Below, one piece after another: positions 12,991 through 26,668 of a DNA stretch of 64,000 nucleotides. This DNA is from Felis catus (lineage: Eukaryota): positions 178,438,001 to 178,502,000 of the forward strand of contig NC_058368.1 in assembly GCF_018350175.1 (NCBI RefSeq), given 5' to 3'. The translations under genes were made by a program, and so were the position numbers. The notes under the pieces were generated by a model. It had not been told where the DNA came from. It did no database searches and saw nothing but the letters and a program-made list of their open reading frames with translations. How positions within the stretch are numbered: the stretch's first letter is position 1; each line of letters begins with the position of its first letter.

Positions 12991-13769
12991 GCATGGCTCT
13001 GTGCACAGAGTCGCTGCTCCAAAAAACACCACACTTTCCTTTAGAGTGGTCTGCTTAGAACTGCCCAGGGATGCAGGGGGGTGGGGGGTGGGTGGGGGTG
13101 GGTGGGGAGTGGACAGGGATGAAGAGACGGGGTTGAGGAAGATGGGAGATGGGAAGAACTGGGGTGGCTCTGGAGCCTTCACAGGGCACTGAGGGAGACT
13201 AGAAAAGTCAGTGTCCCCCACCCCCACCAGTCATCACACCACCATTCAGCCCTGGCCCGAGTTATGTTGGCCCCCGACAGACTCCTTCCTTCTCTGCTCA
13301 CAGGGGTGCAATCAGCACTTCCTATAGCATGGCTTCTCCTTTCTCGAGGAGACATTCTCTCAGTTTCTGGCAGCTGTCCTCCATCTTGCAGGGTAAGCGC
13401 TAAGGTAAAAGATGGGGTCCTGCTCTCCCCCTCCTTTAGTGCCAGTAGCTCCCAGGCTGCTCAATCACCATTAGGGGCCATGGGGTCACCCTCCCCGCCT
13501 GGCCAGCCTCCTGCCCTCAGGCCTCCGCAGGAGCAGACACATCCGTCCTCTGTCCGACACTAATGAAATCTTCCTTCTGCTCAGTGCCCGGCCAGACTCA
13601 GGGTCAGTATTTTTACCCATTCAGCTCTGCCCTGTGCTCCAGCTCAGTAATGACACTCACACCTCATTACAGACAGGCTGCAGCAGCACACCAGGCAGGC
13701 TTCTCTGCACCATCACCCCCTTGGAGCCTTAAAAAGTCCTCCCTGGGCTGCAGGGACTAGTGATCCAGC

Positions 13770-14070
13770 CCTCGCCTGGCATCTGCTCACACGAATGCCC
13801 TTTCCATCACACTAGCCTCAGGAGACCCTTCCCAGGCCCCTGTTCCGTTCATCTGCATCCTATTCCTCACTCCAGACTTCGCTCATATTGCCCCTCCTCC
13901 AGGAAGCCTTCCCTGATTGGTTCTACCATCTCCTTCCACATTCAGAGACCTTTGATTCTCTCAGGGACTGCTTGCTACTCTGAGCACCAAACACCGGGCA
14001 TTGGGCTTGGTTCCTTGCAGGTGCATAAAATAAATGGGGAGTGGATGAATGCATGAATGGATGAATGAGT
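13770..14070 (+). mobile_element. L2 3' end
   Basis: CCTCCTCCAGGAAGCCTTCCCTGA and terminal ATGAATGCATGAATGGATGAATGA. Confidence 0.6.
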
Positions 14071-14908
14071 ACATGCTTGTACATCTATCCTCCTCCTCTG
14101 ACACTTAGCCATATGTTATTTGGTTTTGCTTTTTAACTGCCTCACAGAGAACGATGAAGGAAAACCCTTGAACGAAGTGACCTTTTCCGAAATGTGATTT
14201 CTTCATCACCCATGCACGTTTAGTAAACCTCCTAGTCTGCACCAGGCACGAGGCCTAGAGAAACTAGTGAGCTCGTCTCCGCCCTTGAGAAGTTCTGCCT
14301 CATGTCATGGCTTCTGACTTCATGGGACCCTTCTGAAAATCCGACGCATTTGCAAACCTCCACCTCAGAAACACACACAAACACACCCACACCCACAGCT
14401 AAACCCACCCACAAATGGGTAAAATGTGGGGTCTAATTCAAAAACTCCTGAAATCCACAGCCACAGCTGAAGGTTCCCCGGTGTGGTGAGAAAGAGAAAC
14501 AAGTTAGCATCTTTTGTCTAGGGCCCTGCCAGGAGGCACAGAGAGCGTATACTGGCCATCACAGAAGACAGAACGGTTAACTCGCTTTGAGTGGGATGGA
14601 GTCTCTCACGGAGGCTGGAGTCAAGGAAGAGATTTCAGAATGGCTGGCTTTCGAGCAATGAGTAGAAATTTGCAGGGCGGGCAGAGGGAGAGGAGGAGGA
14701 GGAGGGTGAATAAGCATGTGCAAAATACAGAAGGTTTCCAGGAGCTGGGAGAGGGAGGATGGAGGGGTGAATGAAGGGCTTGGGTTTCTTTCCGAAGTGA
14801 TACCATGGTCTGTGAATGGATAGCAGTGATGGTTTCGTGGCTTTGTGAATATGCTAAAACTCCTCGGTTGTACATTTTAAATGGGTTGATTTTATAGCAT
14901 GTGAATTT

Positions 14909-15360
14909 TGATGGTTAATTTTAGGTACCAACCTGGCTAGGCCACGGTACCTAGTTGCTTCATCAAACATCAGTCTGGATGTTGCTGTGAAGGCATTTTA
15001 GAATGAAATTAACATTTAATACAGTAGACTTTGAGTAAAGCGAATTAAGTTCCATAATGCAGGTGGGCCTTGTCTAATCAGGTGAAGGGCTTAAAAGAGA
15101 CTGAGGATCCCCTGGGGAGGAGAGAATTCTGTCTCCCCACTTGAGCTGCAACATCAACCCTTCCTTAGGTGTCTAGCCTGCTGGCCTGCCCTGCAGATTT
15201 CTGGCTTGCCAGCCTCCATAGTTATGTGACTCAATTCTTGAAATAAATCTCTCTATGGAGTCTTATTTATTATACATATGATATATATAATACTGTTACA
15301 TATAATAACCAGTACATTTATACTATTGGTCCCGTTTCTCTTGAGAACCCTGACTAATAA
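14909..15360 (+). mobile_element. ERVL solo LTR, MLT2C/D-like, inserted in an old L1 3' fragment (~14800-15385)
   Basis: Starts GATGGTTAATTTTAGGTACCAACCTGGCTAGGCCAC and ends GTTTCTCTTGAGAACCCTGACTAATA. L1M 3' sequence resumes on both sides. Confidence 0.85.
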
Positions 15361-15591
15361 GCGAATTCTATCTCAATTTTAAAATCCTTGCTGTGGGGCA
15401 AGGGGTGAGGGGCCTGGCCCAATATATGATGGTACAACCATAGAAAACAAGTGGGCAGGCATGATACGGGGCAGCACAGTTGGAGTATAGCAGGCACAGG
15501 TAGGAAGAAGCTGGTTTGGGCAGGCTGAGAGGCCTGACCATCAGCAGCCTTGATTACCACACTATGGTTGTCTATTGACCGAAGGATAGTG

Positions 15592-15960
15592 GTATATTAG
15601 AGTTATTTTTGGTTGCAAGCAACAGAAAATGACTCTAGCCAACTTTAGCTGAAGAAAGAAATTATGAGGAGAGTATGAGGACCCACACACCCAGAAGATG
15701 CTTAACAACTAAACTGCCAGGAACTGCCAGGAACCTGGCCGGTTCCAGAAGTCTTGGCAACGGGAACTTGTGAGCAGGGTATCTTCAGGGTAAATCCATT
15801 GCCACTACTTTTTGTTCTAGGCTACTTCGCTCTAAATGCACAATTTCAGAAAGGAAAATTCAATGACCACTCTTGAGTCCATATGCCCAATCCTCAAACT
15901 GGGAGGGAGAGGCAAGATCCCATATTTGACCTCCCCGCCAGTTGGGTGGTAACTGGGATG
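15592..15960 (-). mobile_element. Old MaLR LTR (MLT1J/K/L-like)
   Basis: TTGGTTGCAAGCAACAGAAAATGACTCTAGCCAACTTTAGC terminus. Confidence 0.6.
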
Positions 15961-17147
15961 TATAGTCTGGGTGCTGCTGCTGGACAGATGGAGGGTAGGT
16001 GCCGGCAGGTGCATCAGCAGAAGTGCATGGTGAGGACGCTGCTGGGGTCCTTGCTCTGCCAATGGGCATGAGCTGGGGCCTGATGTTCTGAATTAAGTTT
16101 CTGGGTCTGCATTACAGCAGTGACGCTGCCCTATACCCAGTTGTGTCAGGGCCACAGAACCCCTGTTGCCAGGGAACAGAGTTATTTAGTGGGAAGACCG
16201 GAGCTGGACAGGCCTTGATACTTCTAGCTGTGTGGGCTTGCTCAAGTCACTTAGCCTCTCTGAAACTCAACATCCTCATCCGTTTGGGTCAGGCCCAAAC
16301 CTTCTTAGGAAGGGTAAATGAGAAGACAAATAGGATGAAGCCTGGCCCAGGGTCTGATAATTCCAAGGGCTCTGTTCTTCCTTCCAGGGATGGTCTTCAG
16401 TCTTAACAATGATGTTGAGTCTAGAAGAATGATACAGGGGATCTTGTCCAGTCAGTTTGCAGTTAAACTGTGACCACTGGGCCTGGGGTCACCAAGGTGA
16501 GTCCTGGGGCCAGGCTCAGCTGTTCTCTCCTTGGGCTCCTTGCTCCCTCTCCCTTCACGTACCAGGCCCAGTGGCAGCCTAGAGGCTGCCTACCTTCCTC
16601 TGAGACCATCTCCTCAGCTGCTCCCCCTCCCCAGCCCCTTCAGGAAGGGAACAGAGGCTCAGCCCCTGAGAGGCGGGGGGTGGGTCCTATGGAGACTCAG
16701 ACCTGCCCCAGCTCCTTTGCAGATTCCTGGAGGTGGTTCCCAGAATAGTCCTTGCAAATCTACATGACCCTGAAGGTGGGGTGTGTGAGTGTGTGTATGT
16801 GTGTGTGTGGGGGGGGGGGGAGGGGGATCCGCCACCTTCTTGGTCCAGACCCTGGGCCCAGAGCTGGGCTCTGTGGGCTTGGGTTTGGGATTTGGGGGAA
16901 GAGTTGGTGAGGGAGGGAACATTGCCAGCAGCTAGAAGGAAGATGGGATTCTGCTCTAAGCCCAAGGCCAGAGACCCAGGCCAAGAGTTCTGAGAGGAGC
17001 GAAGAATCAGCTCTCACTCCTGCTGGGTATGGCTGGAAATGGGGTCGCGACTTGCAAATGGAGGAAGATATGGAGGAAACAGGAAAGGGAGAAGAGCCAG
17101 AGAGATGGAGTGAAGGACAGAGAGACAGAGGGAGGGGGAAACAGCAA

Positions 17148-17148
17148 G

Positions 17149-17198
<50 letters not shown>
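17148..17198. repeat. (GA)n microsatellite
   Basis: Read directly; lies at the end of a purine-rich tract starting ~17057. Confidence 0.95.
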
Positions 17199-17206
<8 letters not shown>

Positions 17207-18049
17207 TCTGGCCTTGGAGGAAGAGGGAGGGCTGAGCAAGGCTCTGTGACCCAGGTTCATGCCAACCTCTCTAAGACTTGTGTGTGGCAGAGGGTGTGCT
17301 GGTGGGGAGTCACCAGCTGGGGCTCAAGGAGGGGCCACATGCCTGGTTAGCTTGTTGGCTTGTTTTCGCTCTCTGATATATGACATGCTCTAAATGATCT
17401 ATTAAAGCAGAGTGAATTCTACAAATGCTTCCACCCACCGCCGCCCCCTAGGGAAGCGTACTATATTTGTGAGGTGACTCATCTTGCTGCCACAACCCCT
17501 GGGGATCTGATGCAGAATGCTTGTCAGGAGTTCACCTTGAAAAGGCTACAGGGACAGCGGGGATGGCCCTAGAGGGGGTGAGTGTTTGTGGAAGAGAGAC
17601 TCAGATGAGTGAGTTTGTCAGTCCCGTTGGGGTCCATGTTAATCCAAATGACCAGCAGGGCAGGGGAGTGATGGCAGAATGTTGCAGATACTGTCTAGGG
17701 ATGGCTTGAAGTGACTGCTCTCCTGTTGCCCTTATTAGGCTAAATCCCACGGAGGAACCAGAGAACTTGCCTAAGAATGTCTTGTTTCTCTTGGAAGCAA
17801 AGCGATGAGGTGGAAAATGGCTGCTCTCCCTTTTGGTTGCAGGTCAACCCCCATTTCATGCTGTCTTAGTACCACCTACCTCTACCTCATTGTATTTCCC
17901 AGAGGCATAATGTTACACTTTTTGGTGAGGTATTCTCACTGTCATTACCATCTGTCATGCCTGGTAGACTGAAATGAGAGAGCAGATAGGGGCTTGGCTC
18001 AGGATTGTGTCTTCAGCATCATGCACCCTCTCGAGAAACATTTACAGAA

Positions 18050-18270
18050 CGAATGAACCAACATTAATGCACCTATTTGGGAATCCAGCAACGCTGAGAT
18101 TGTATACAACAGAGGTATCTTTTATAATCCTTTTGCAAATGAGGAGAATGAAGCTCAGAGACATATGTTTACTGACCTGAGGGGCCAAAGCTAAGAAGGG
18201 GAAGAATGGGGGTTTATCCCACCCAGAACTGTCCAATTCCGGACACATCCTAACCATCACTCCGGAACCT
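18050..18270 (-). mobile_element. MIR SINE
   Basis: TTTTGCAAATGAGGAGAATGAAGCTCAGAGA core. Confidence 0.65.
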
Positions 18271-19294
18271 TGCAGCCCCACACAAATCATCATTGACAGA
18301 TCTTTTCCAGAGTTTTGCAGTTATTTGTACTTTTCTGTTGCATGCTAACTCCAAAAAATAACTTTGATATCTTTAAATAAAGAGAAGCAAGGGGGACCAT
18401 AGCATACAGGAGAGACAGTGTTACAATGGGCTCCAAAGCTTACCTTAGGCAGATCTGATCAATAGCCCAATGATGGTTACAAGAAAGCACAAAAGTTACA
18501 TTTCCTCCTGGAGTGGCTTTTGGCTTTCACCCTTTCAGTCAAAAGGTCCCCAGCCTTTGGGTCACCCTAGGTTATTTCCCCCACAACCCAGCTGGCTCCC
18601 ACCTCACAGTCACCTGTAAATTTGGGGTGGGTCGGTGGGCACAGGTAAGTGTAGCTCTAAATAAACACCTGTCTCAACAGCCTGCAAATGAACATTCTCA
18701 CTGTCCAGATTTTCAGGCACAAGACTCACTTTTGACCCCATTCATCCTTGGAAACAAGACTGAACAAAAGTGAAGAAAAGCTATTTCCCCCATCTGATAT
18801 TTTCAACTTAGAATTTAGGCTTAAGACTTCCAAGGGTCATGTGGAGTCTGGTTATTGCTTCCTCGAAATACTGTTAAGACTAAATAAAACCTTTCAGGAC
18901 AAAGAGACTGGGACAGCAGTAGCAAAATGCTTCTCCTGATAAGTATCCCAAATACATGGCCGTGAATGTCACCACGGCTGTATCGGTGGAGGGAGGAATT
19001 GGTGAGAGAGGGCTTTGGAAGTTATTATAATTTTGGAGTTAATAAATCGCTCTCTCTCTCTTGCCTTCTCCTCCCTCTCCCTCTCTCTCTTTCTCTCTCT
19101 CTGACAGCCTTGGCCTTGGACATTGTTTGACTCCCATAGCATACTAGATAAAATCTTCCATAATTCTGTCAGGATTCTGTGGACTTTTAAAATATAAATG
19201 CTCAAGCCCCAGCAAAGACAAATTACATCAGAATCTCTGGGGGCTATGGCTTTTGGCAGGAGGCATGGTTCCTCAAAACACCAACATCACATAT

Positions 19295-19490
19295 GCCCAG
19301 TTCTGAGCTCTGCCATTAATCAGCTGTGAGTCCTTGAGAAATCACTTCAGTTACCTGATCCTTGGTTTCTTCAAAGGTAAAATGAAGCAAATAATTGTAA
19401 AAATTTCATGGGACTATTACGAGGATTTAATGATATAATAACTGGAAAGAGCCTCGTGCTGTGCTTGACACACAGTAGAGATTCAAGTTG
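19295..19490 (+). mobile_element. MIR SINE
   Basis: CTCTGCCATTAATCAGCTGTGAGTCCTTGAG..GTAAAATG..GAGGATTTAATGA. Confidence 0.65.
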
Positions 19491-20179
19491 GCCATTGTTG
19501 TCATTATTGTTGTTATTCCAGCTAATAAATATTGACTAATCCTTGGCTGAAAGTCGACACTTCCTTGGCCTCCGGGGAAAGGACATAAACTGGACCTGAA
19601 ACATCCAGAGTTATGGCAGGTCTATGGAGCAATGTCGGAGGAAGCTTAATGGCATTACTCAGGAAGTATCTTGTGCGGTCTACATGGTAGATTTCTTCCC
19701 AGAGTGGATTCCAAGCAGACAGTGTCTTTTCCTGCTAACAACTCTTTTAAGAGCATTAGCATCTTCTATATTCTCAATTGGCCTCACACACCACTGCTAG
19801 AGGGAATGTCAATACATCATGCTTGGTGGAAGATATAGATTGCCCCGTACCTTGTCACCGCAGCCAACATTCTGTTAGCCATGTCACCGGGAAGCAAAAT
19901 GCCTTAGCAGTGGATAAAAGACCGAGATTCAGAAATTCACTTTACTATATCCATAAACCACGAATAAGACTTAGAAAGAAGGGCTTAGAAGCAAGCAATG
20001 GCAGTTGCGTTTCACATGTGACCCTGTGGGTCACTCAGAAAAAAAACCCCGGCATGGACTGGGCCTTTTTGCTATGAAATAAACTATAAATAGCTATCAT
20101 TATGGAATATGGGTGGGGTTATTCTTAACAACATTTCCTTCTGTCATGGTAATAAATTCCAAATAAATTAGCCCATTTA

Positions 20180-20403
20180 TTATAGAGTTTATTTATTTAT
20201 TTGTTTGTTTATTGAGAGAGAGACAGAGCATGTGTGCATGTGAGCACAAGTGGGGCAGAGAGAGAGGGAGAGAGAATCCCAAGAAGACTCCATACTGTCA
20301 GTGCAGAGCCCAATGTGGGGCTCAGTCTCACGAACCTCGAGATCATGACCTGAGCCGAAATCAAGAGTCGGGTGCTTAATGGACAAAGCCACCCAGGTGC
20401 CCC
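20180..20403 (-). mobile_element. Can-SINE (feliform, SINEC_Fc2-like)
   Basis: Full body ending GCCACCCAGGTGCCCC. Decayed TSD AATTAGCCCATTTA / AATAAGCCCCTTTA. Confidence 0.92.
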
Positions 20404-20699
20404 AATAAGCCCCTTTAGGTATGGTTAGATGTAAACCCTTCACTAAAATGAACTCTACCTTACTTCTACATTCTCTAATCACCTGACTACGGATTAGTGA
20501 AAAATATTAAGCATTTTATATGTATTTATTTTATAAATATGAAACAAAAGACAAGTGAGGTACAATTTACAGTTTGGATGAGAGGTTACACTGGCACGTC
20601 ACTGAGAAAATATATTAGTAACTTTTACATCAAACAACATACCTGAGCTATGCTGCAGTTAAATTGGAAACGCTAACGTGAACTCCTCAACTTTAAACG

Positions 20700-21060
20700 T
20701 TTTCCCATCTCTGTCGCTAAAAGTGGCCACAGCCGCAGCATCTGTATCCAACCACCAACTCTCATGTGCCCCCTAATGCTCAAATTTTGTCTCTAATACT
20801 TCTCTCCACTGAAAGAAATGGGGCTCTTGGAGGGTAGCCTTAGGTAGGAAGGAAGTTCCTTTTTGCAGAGAAAGCAAAATGTCACAGAGTAGTTCTGAAA
20901 GGACCAAAAAAGCTAGAGTAGAGACTGCCATTCGTCAGGCTCTGACAATTTGAGTATCAAATGAGATTGATAACTATAATTAATTTAAGCACATGGAATC
21001 TGTGAAGGGCTATAAGTTCCTAATGAAGCTCCAAGGAGAAAAAGTTGATATAAATTGTAC
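20700..21060 (+). mobile_element. Old L1 (L1MC4-like) 3' UTR fragment
   Basis: CTAATGCTCAAATTTTGTCTCTAATACTTCTCTCCACTGAAAGAAATGGGGCTCTTGGAG..GACAATTTGAGTATCAAA. Confidence 0.6.
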
Positions 21061-21656
21061 AAAAAAATGGTGAACATGATCCAGTTCCATTTTATATTAA
21101 ATAGCTGCCTATATGAGTGATATTATTTCTTCTATTAAATACATGTTGGTTTATTAAGTACACAGGTACTTTTTTCTATCCTTGCAAGGAAGAAAGAGTG
21201 GCTTTTGAATACATCTAATAGTCATGGAGAAAAAATAGAAATGAGTAGTCATGTACAATAACAGGAGGGAAACAATAATGTGGTAGGGGATGCTGAGTTG
21301 GCTACATGTCTTCACGAAGACAGCAAACTTCTGACTTTCGATCCCTGGTTTCGTGGGAGATGAAACATCACTTTGAGAAAAACTTCTGGTCACAGACAAG
21401 ACGTCTCTGTGAAAGGCATGGACTTTCATATTCTTAGTGAGGCCATATTTAATAATGCGTTAATAGTAAGTGTAATAATGTTGGGAGACCCTTTACTGGG
21501 GTCCCAAATAAGAAACAGTAACCCCTAAACAGCTGGCCTGAGATAACATTACTTTTCTTTTGGTTCTGGAATAAATCTGTAATCCTAGCAGAAAATAAAT
21601 TTTGTTTGCCCTAATTCTAGAAGCTATCATGTTAATTCTAAGACAGTAGCTCTGAG

Positions 21657-21886
21657 TTGGGGCACCTGGGTGGCTCAATCAGTTGAGCGACTGACTTCGG
21701 CTCAGGTCATGATCTCACCATTTGGTTCGCGAGGTCGAGCCCCGTGTCAGGCTCTGTGCTGACAGCTCAGAGCCTGGAGTCTGCTTTGGATTCTGTGTCT
21801 CCCTCGCTCTCTGCCCCTCCCCCACTCATGCTCTGTCTCTCTCTGTAGCAGAAATAATAAACCTTAACAAATTAAAAAAAAAAGAA
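21657..21886 (+). mobile_element. Can-SINE (SINEC_Fc-like)
   Basis: GGGGCACCTGGGTGGCTCA head, CT-rich tract, A tail. 17-bp TSD AAGA(C/A)AGTAGCTCTGAG at 21640-21656 and 21887-21903. Confidence 0.95.
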
Positions 21887-23739
21887 AAGAAAGTAGCTCT
21901 GAGAAAGTGGTAAGTATAAAAATAATGAAAAAATCAATATATGTCCCTAATCTTTATCGTTTGTAACCAGTTTAAGAGTAATGGTAAGTATACATTTTTC
22001 AGTCATGGTGATGTTCTGTGTACATTTTGGCGGACTTTTTAGGCATTTGAAGCATTTAGGAGGGTCTGACACATTAAACTTATGGTTTTAATGAAACATT
22101 TTGGAAAATGTGGGTAAATAATGTAGTAACCAATGTTTATAAGCTTGAGAAATTCTAATTGTTTCAGTTTTTAAGAAGTTTTGATCCATCCATTAGGTAA
22201 ACAGTGTTTGAATGTCAAGGAAAAATTGCTTAATAGATTCCCAATCTCATGATTGGGAAGTTGAATAGAAAACAAAGTGCAAATAGCCGTGCGGGCTGCT
22301 CCCTCCTGATGACAGATGTCCCACAGGCATAAAGGACCTATCAGCCAAAATTCCAGAGCCCTGAGTGGGCCAAAAAAAGAGATATTATCTTCAGGAAACG
22401 GCAGTAAGACAGGAAAGACTGAAGATTATTTTTGCCCTTGGGTATGCCATGCTGTGCTTGAGTTTTCATGTGAAGATTCCTAAAAGTGGAGAAATCTTCA
22501 AGTCTCAAAGGAGTTGATCAACTGAAGCTTTTCCAGGTCCTATGCAGAAAGTGAGAGGGGTCTTTGGGGCAGGCATCCTGACCTCTCACCCAATTGTCTT
22601 CAGCCCCTCCCCTGAGGTTGCCATTATGATGGTGATACTATATTATATATTATAATATATATTATTATCTGGTATTATTATTATCACTGTTGTTGTTTTA
22701 TTTAGAAAAGCAGCCTTTTATCATATGGCAAACAATAGGTCATTTCCTGTTCAGTACCTTCAGCTGGCAACTTCTTCAAAAACGCCCCCAAGGCAAAAAG
22801 TCCTAGTTTTCTAAGCAACCACTGGGGGGGGGGGGCGCTCTTTGAAGACTTGCCCCTGGATAGCAACACCACACAATTTGGATTCCTCTGGTTTGATGTT
22901 TCCTTGACAGGTAACTTGCAATCCCACTTTTCAAAGTCCAAAGGAAACAGGATTGAAACATCTGGGGGCAAATGCCCTGAAAATACTGCTGACCCTTTTC
23001 TTTCCTTTCCTTTCCATTGACCACCTCGAGAGTCACGCATGGAGCTCAGATCCATATTGCTGTTTCATTGCAGGAAGTGTTCAGCTGTCTGTGTCATTTT
23101 TATTCACCCAAAGCACCTTGAAAATCCTGCTGAACCATAATCTTGAAAGCTAACACCTCACAAGAACCTTTTCCTTTTTTACTTTAGAGCTTACAAGTGT
23201 GTCCTATTTAAAAGGAACCCAAGATGCCAAAATTCTCACCTAGAAACTCAGACATGCTGGAATTGTTCTGACAATGGAAAACTCGGCTCGACAGGAAGAT
23301 GTTCTCCTGGGAAGGTGAGCGTGGAAAATTGACCTTGGAGTCTCATGGTCTTGCATAAACCCCCAGGCGTGGGCTGAGTTTGGAGTCTCCAGGGTCATCA
23401 TGAGTGCCCAGGGGGTAAGACACCCTTGTGGGAATAGCAGAGGAAGCATCCTAGAGGCCTGAGGGATCCGTACCCTCATCAGGACCTACATCGGCAGCAG
23501 GTGCCCTCCCAGGACTGGAAGGCCAGGAAGCCTTGTCCTCTGACCTGGAGTGCTGTTGCTTTTCCTTGTCCACTGAAAAAGCCAAACTAAAGGAACTCCT
23601 ATCCTTTGCCTGTGTCTGACCATCATGCCACCAAACTATAGGGCAATTATGTAATAACTAAGCAAGGAACTCGCAAAAGATATCAAGAGATCATGACTCT
23701 GAGAAAGTCTATTTGAATAAAGCTCCAACTGTTACCTCC

Positions 23740-24125
23740 AGGGTTCCATCGTTCAACCCCTCCTGCCCTTCTGGCTGCATCTTGAGCAGCTCCCCTGACT
23801 CGCCCTCTGCATTGAAGTATGTTGACTTCCTGGATTCAACCTGTTACTCCAAGCCTGCAGGAGGCACTGAGATCCAAGATCCAGCTCAATGACGCTTCTT
23901 CTCTGAAGCCCTCCCTTCCCCTCCCACCACAAGTTGACTTGCTTCCATCCTCCTTGAGTGTATGACTACTGGGGTTTTTGTCATACCAGATGGCAAATGT
24001 TAATTGACAAATCTCTGAAGAGTGAACTCTGAGGACAGGGCCCTGTTGAATTCATCTCTGGCTCATCAGTGGCCTGCAAGAGGGCCCACACAGCAGCATT
24101 CAAACACGTTTATTCAATGATTGAA
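23740..24125 (+). mobile_element. L2 3' end
   Basis: CAGCTCAATGACGCTTCTTCTCTGAAGCCCTCCC..TGAGGACAGGG..TTCATCTCTG. Confidence 0.6.
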
Positions 24126-25654
24126 CAATGACAATAGCCACTAATGACTCTAAACCAGGCTATTAGGTAAATAGTTAAGAGCCGACCCAAGAAATAAACA
24201 GATGGTTGTCTTAGACTTGTAAAAAGAAATATTTACTTTCCAATAGGTATAAAATCCCAGAGGGAAGTTATAGGTCCAAGTAACATATAGGAAATGTCCT
24301 GTCTGTGGGCCCAAGGGAAGGCCATTGATAGTAAAATATTTTGCATATCAAAACTGTCTTCGTGCTTCGTAATTTATGTTGAGCATTACTGGTAGGACGT
24401 GGTCAGAATATTTTTGTTCTTCTTGAATCTGAGGAATTTGAGGCTCTTTGCTACATAGTAGGGAGTGATGTGTTAGCATGTGGGATAACAATGCTTTTCT
24501 CTGAGAACAGCTCTCCAAAGCAGAAGTCAGCAGAAAAACAGGTAATTTTATTTACCAAAATTTTCTTTAAAATCAAAGTTTCAGGCTATTAACCATGTCA
24601 GTGAGTCATATCATACCACTGTCCCAAAACGGTAATTTAGAAACAAGCCGTTATTTGAAAGGTCAAAAGTCAAGACAAATGACAACATGTCTATTTTAAA
24701 AGACTGAACCAGAATCTTTTCTTTTCATTCTGTTATCAACAGTATGCCTTTCTGGTCAGCCATGAAGAGGGAAATAAAAAACCCAGATTGGAACGGAGAC
24801 AAGTCTGTCATCTAAGGTGGGATGATAAGGCAGTGAAGTCAGGAAGTGGCAGGGGGGAAGCTCTGTGCTTTGACATGTCATCATCCCCTGCTGTAATTAA
24901 TCGGAGAATGAGCACCTAATAATTTGAAACTGCAAATTGGAAACAAATTTAAACCCAAACCAATCCAATAATCCTGAGCTCATCTCCCTGAGCCCCTACA
25001 GCATGGGCCATAGCCACCCCTAAGCCCATCATTAGAAAAGAGGGGATACCTGGTCATCCGGGATTTCACCTTGAGCTGAGCGTAGGCTCAGCTTCCTTGG
25101 GGGATGGATTTGTGAACGAGATTGAGTCTGTCAGCAGGGAAGTAAAGAGGAAAGGAGGGAGGAAATGCAAGTTGAGCAGATGACCAGGGTCTCGTCCAGC
25201 ATTCTTTAAGGGCCCTCGAAACTGCAGATCAAAACTTCCCAAAGGGGCCCTTACCCCAGTTGTGTTAGGAGTTGTATCCAGAACAGAAAGATATTTTGAG
25301 AGTTCTTGTAACTTTGTGCCTTTCTCTTTTTGTTTTGTTATTTTTATCCCCTCTGTTTCCTTGTTTTACCAGAAGAGAGAATCCTTAACTTAGAACAACC
25401 TAAGAAAAGCTGCCTGCTTGCTCCTGGGACAGCCGCGTGGGAGACCGCTTCCCTGGGTCTGAGGTGGGAGCCAGGGAAGCTCCTCCCCCCAGAGACCCTC
25501 CCCTTCCTGGGCCGAAGCGAGCAGGCCAGGTAATGATGGCAGGTGCAAGCGCGCCGCACACAGTAGGTGCTCAGGGTGAGGCTGGAATGAATGCGTGGAG
25601 GTGGATAGGATACAGAGGGAAGCAGGGCAGCAGAAGAGAAACGCTTTGAGGTCG

Positions 25655-25865
25655 GTAAGAGCTGGGTTTGACTCCCAGCATTGCTATTAGCTTGGCTGTG
25701 TGACCTGGGGCAGGCCACTTAGGCTCTCTGGGCCTGTTTCTTCATCAGCAAAATGGAAGTAATGCCGATGACCCCAGAGGAGTCTTGCGAGAATCAGAAA
25801 TCATTGTATGTACAGCTTATGGCACGATGGGGCCTGGCACTTCATAGGTCCTCAGTAAATGAAAG
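25655..25865 (+). mobile_element. MIR SINE
   Basis: CTGGGTTTGACTCCCAGC..GCTGTGTGACCTGGGGCAGGCCACTTA..CTTCATCAGCAAAATGG. Confidence 0.75.
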
Positions 25866-26204
25866 CTGATTTCACTCCTTCTGGACCCACGCACTGTAAT
25901 TATTTTCAAATTAATATGCCGTGTCCTAGCCCTGTGTGAGCTATACCAACACCACCTGTCTCCTTGCTCACCTCCTAATGTGAGTGGGGGAGCAGAGAAT
26001 CAGCAAAGTTGCCAGGGATTTATGGACGAGGTGGCAAGAGTGGAATCTGTCTCATTTGTAAGCACGACAGGTGTGCCTATCGCCTCCCTATGAAGCTGCC
26101 CGGGACCCTGGTGCTCAGCTAACCTCTGCATTCCCCTCAACTTTAGGGTGAAATCACCCTGATTATAAAAGTTTCTGGTCTCTCCCTGATTCCTCCCAAG
26201 GCAT

Positions 26205-26420
26205 TGACCTCAAATCTGGCTTCACCACCAACTAGCCCTGTAACTTTGGGGATATTGCTTTTGCCTCCCTTTGCCTCAGTTTTCTCATCTGTAAAATAGG
26301 GATGCTACTAGTCCCAACCTTGTCACACTAGTAACAACCAGCGCTGCTGTGAGAATTTTGGGATTTGGTGCACGTAAAGCCCTCAGCACAGGGCCTGGAA
26401 TAGACGGAGCCCTCAGTAAA
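26205..26420 (+). mobile_element. MIR SINE
   Basis: GCCTCAGTTTTCTCATCTGTAAAATAGGGATG core. Confidence 0.75.
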
Positions 26421-26668
26421 GGTCAACTGTGTCTGTCTCTGGGTGAGCTGCAATTTTACCCCGTCCTTTACCCAGGTAAGCTGATTCATAGGCCAGTGGG
26501 ACAAGTGCCATCATGTCCAGCTTGCACACCTGCGGGGTTGCCTCCATTGGCCTGTTGGAGTGGCCTCTCACTCCAGGATCTTGCTTCTGACCCTCAAGAT
26601 GGCTTTGCCAGGTTTGGACCCAAACTATTTTCATTTTGCAGGTAAGTTGAGGCCCAGGGGACTATATA

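Noticed and set aside
17438..17455. Weaker CTCF-like motifs here and at 51162-51175
   Set aside because: Mismatches in the 5' part of the core; not supportable without a PWM score or ChIP data.
21659..21760. tRNA-like A/B boxes
   Set aside because: These are Can-SINE heads, not tRNA genes.
25073..25093. Small hairpin AGCTGAGC-GTAG-GCTCAGCT
   Set aside because: An 8-bp stem is expected by chance in 64 kb and is too short for a pre-miRNA.
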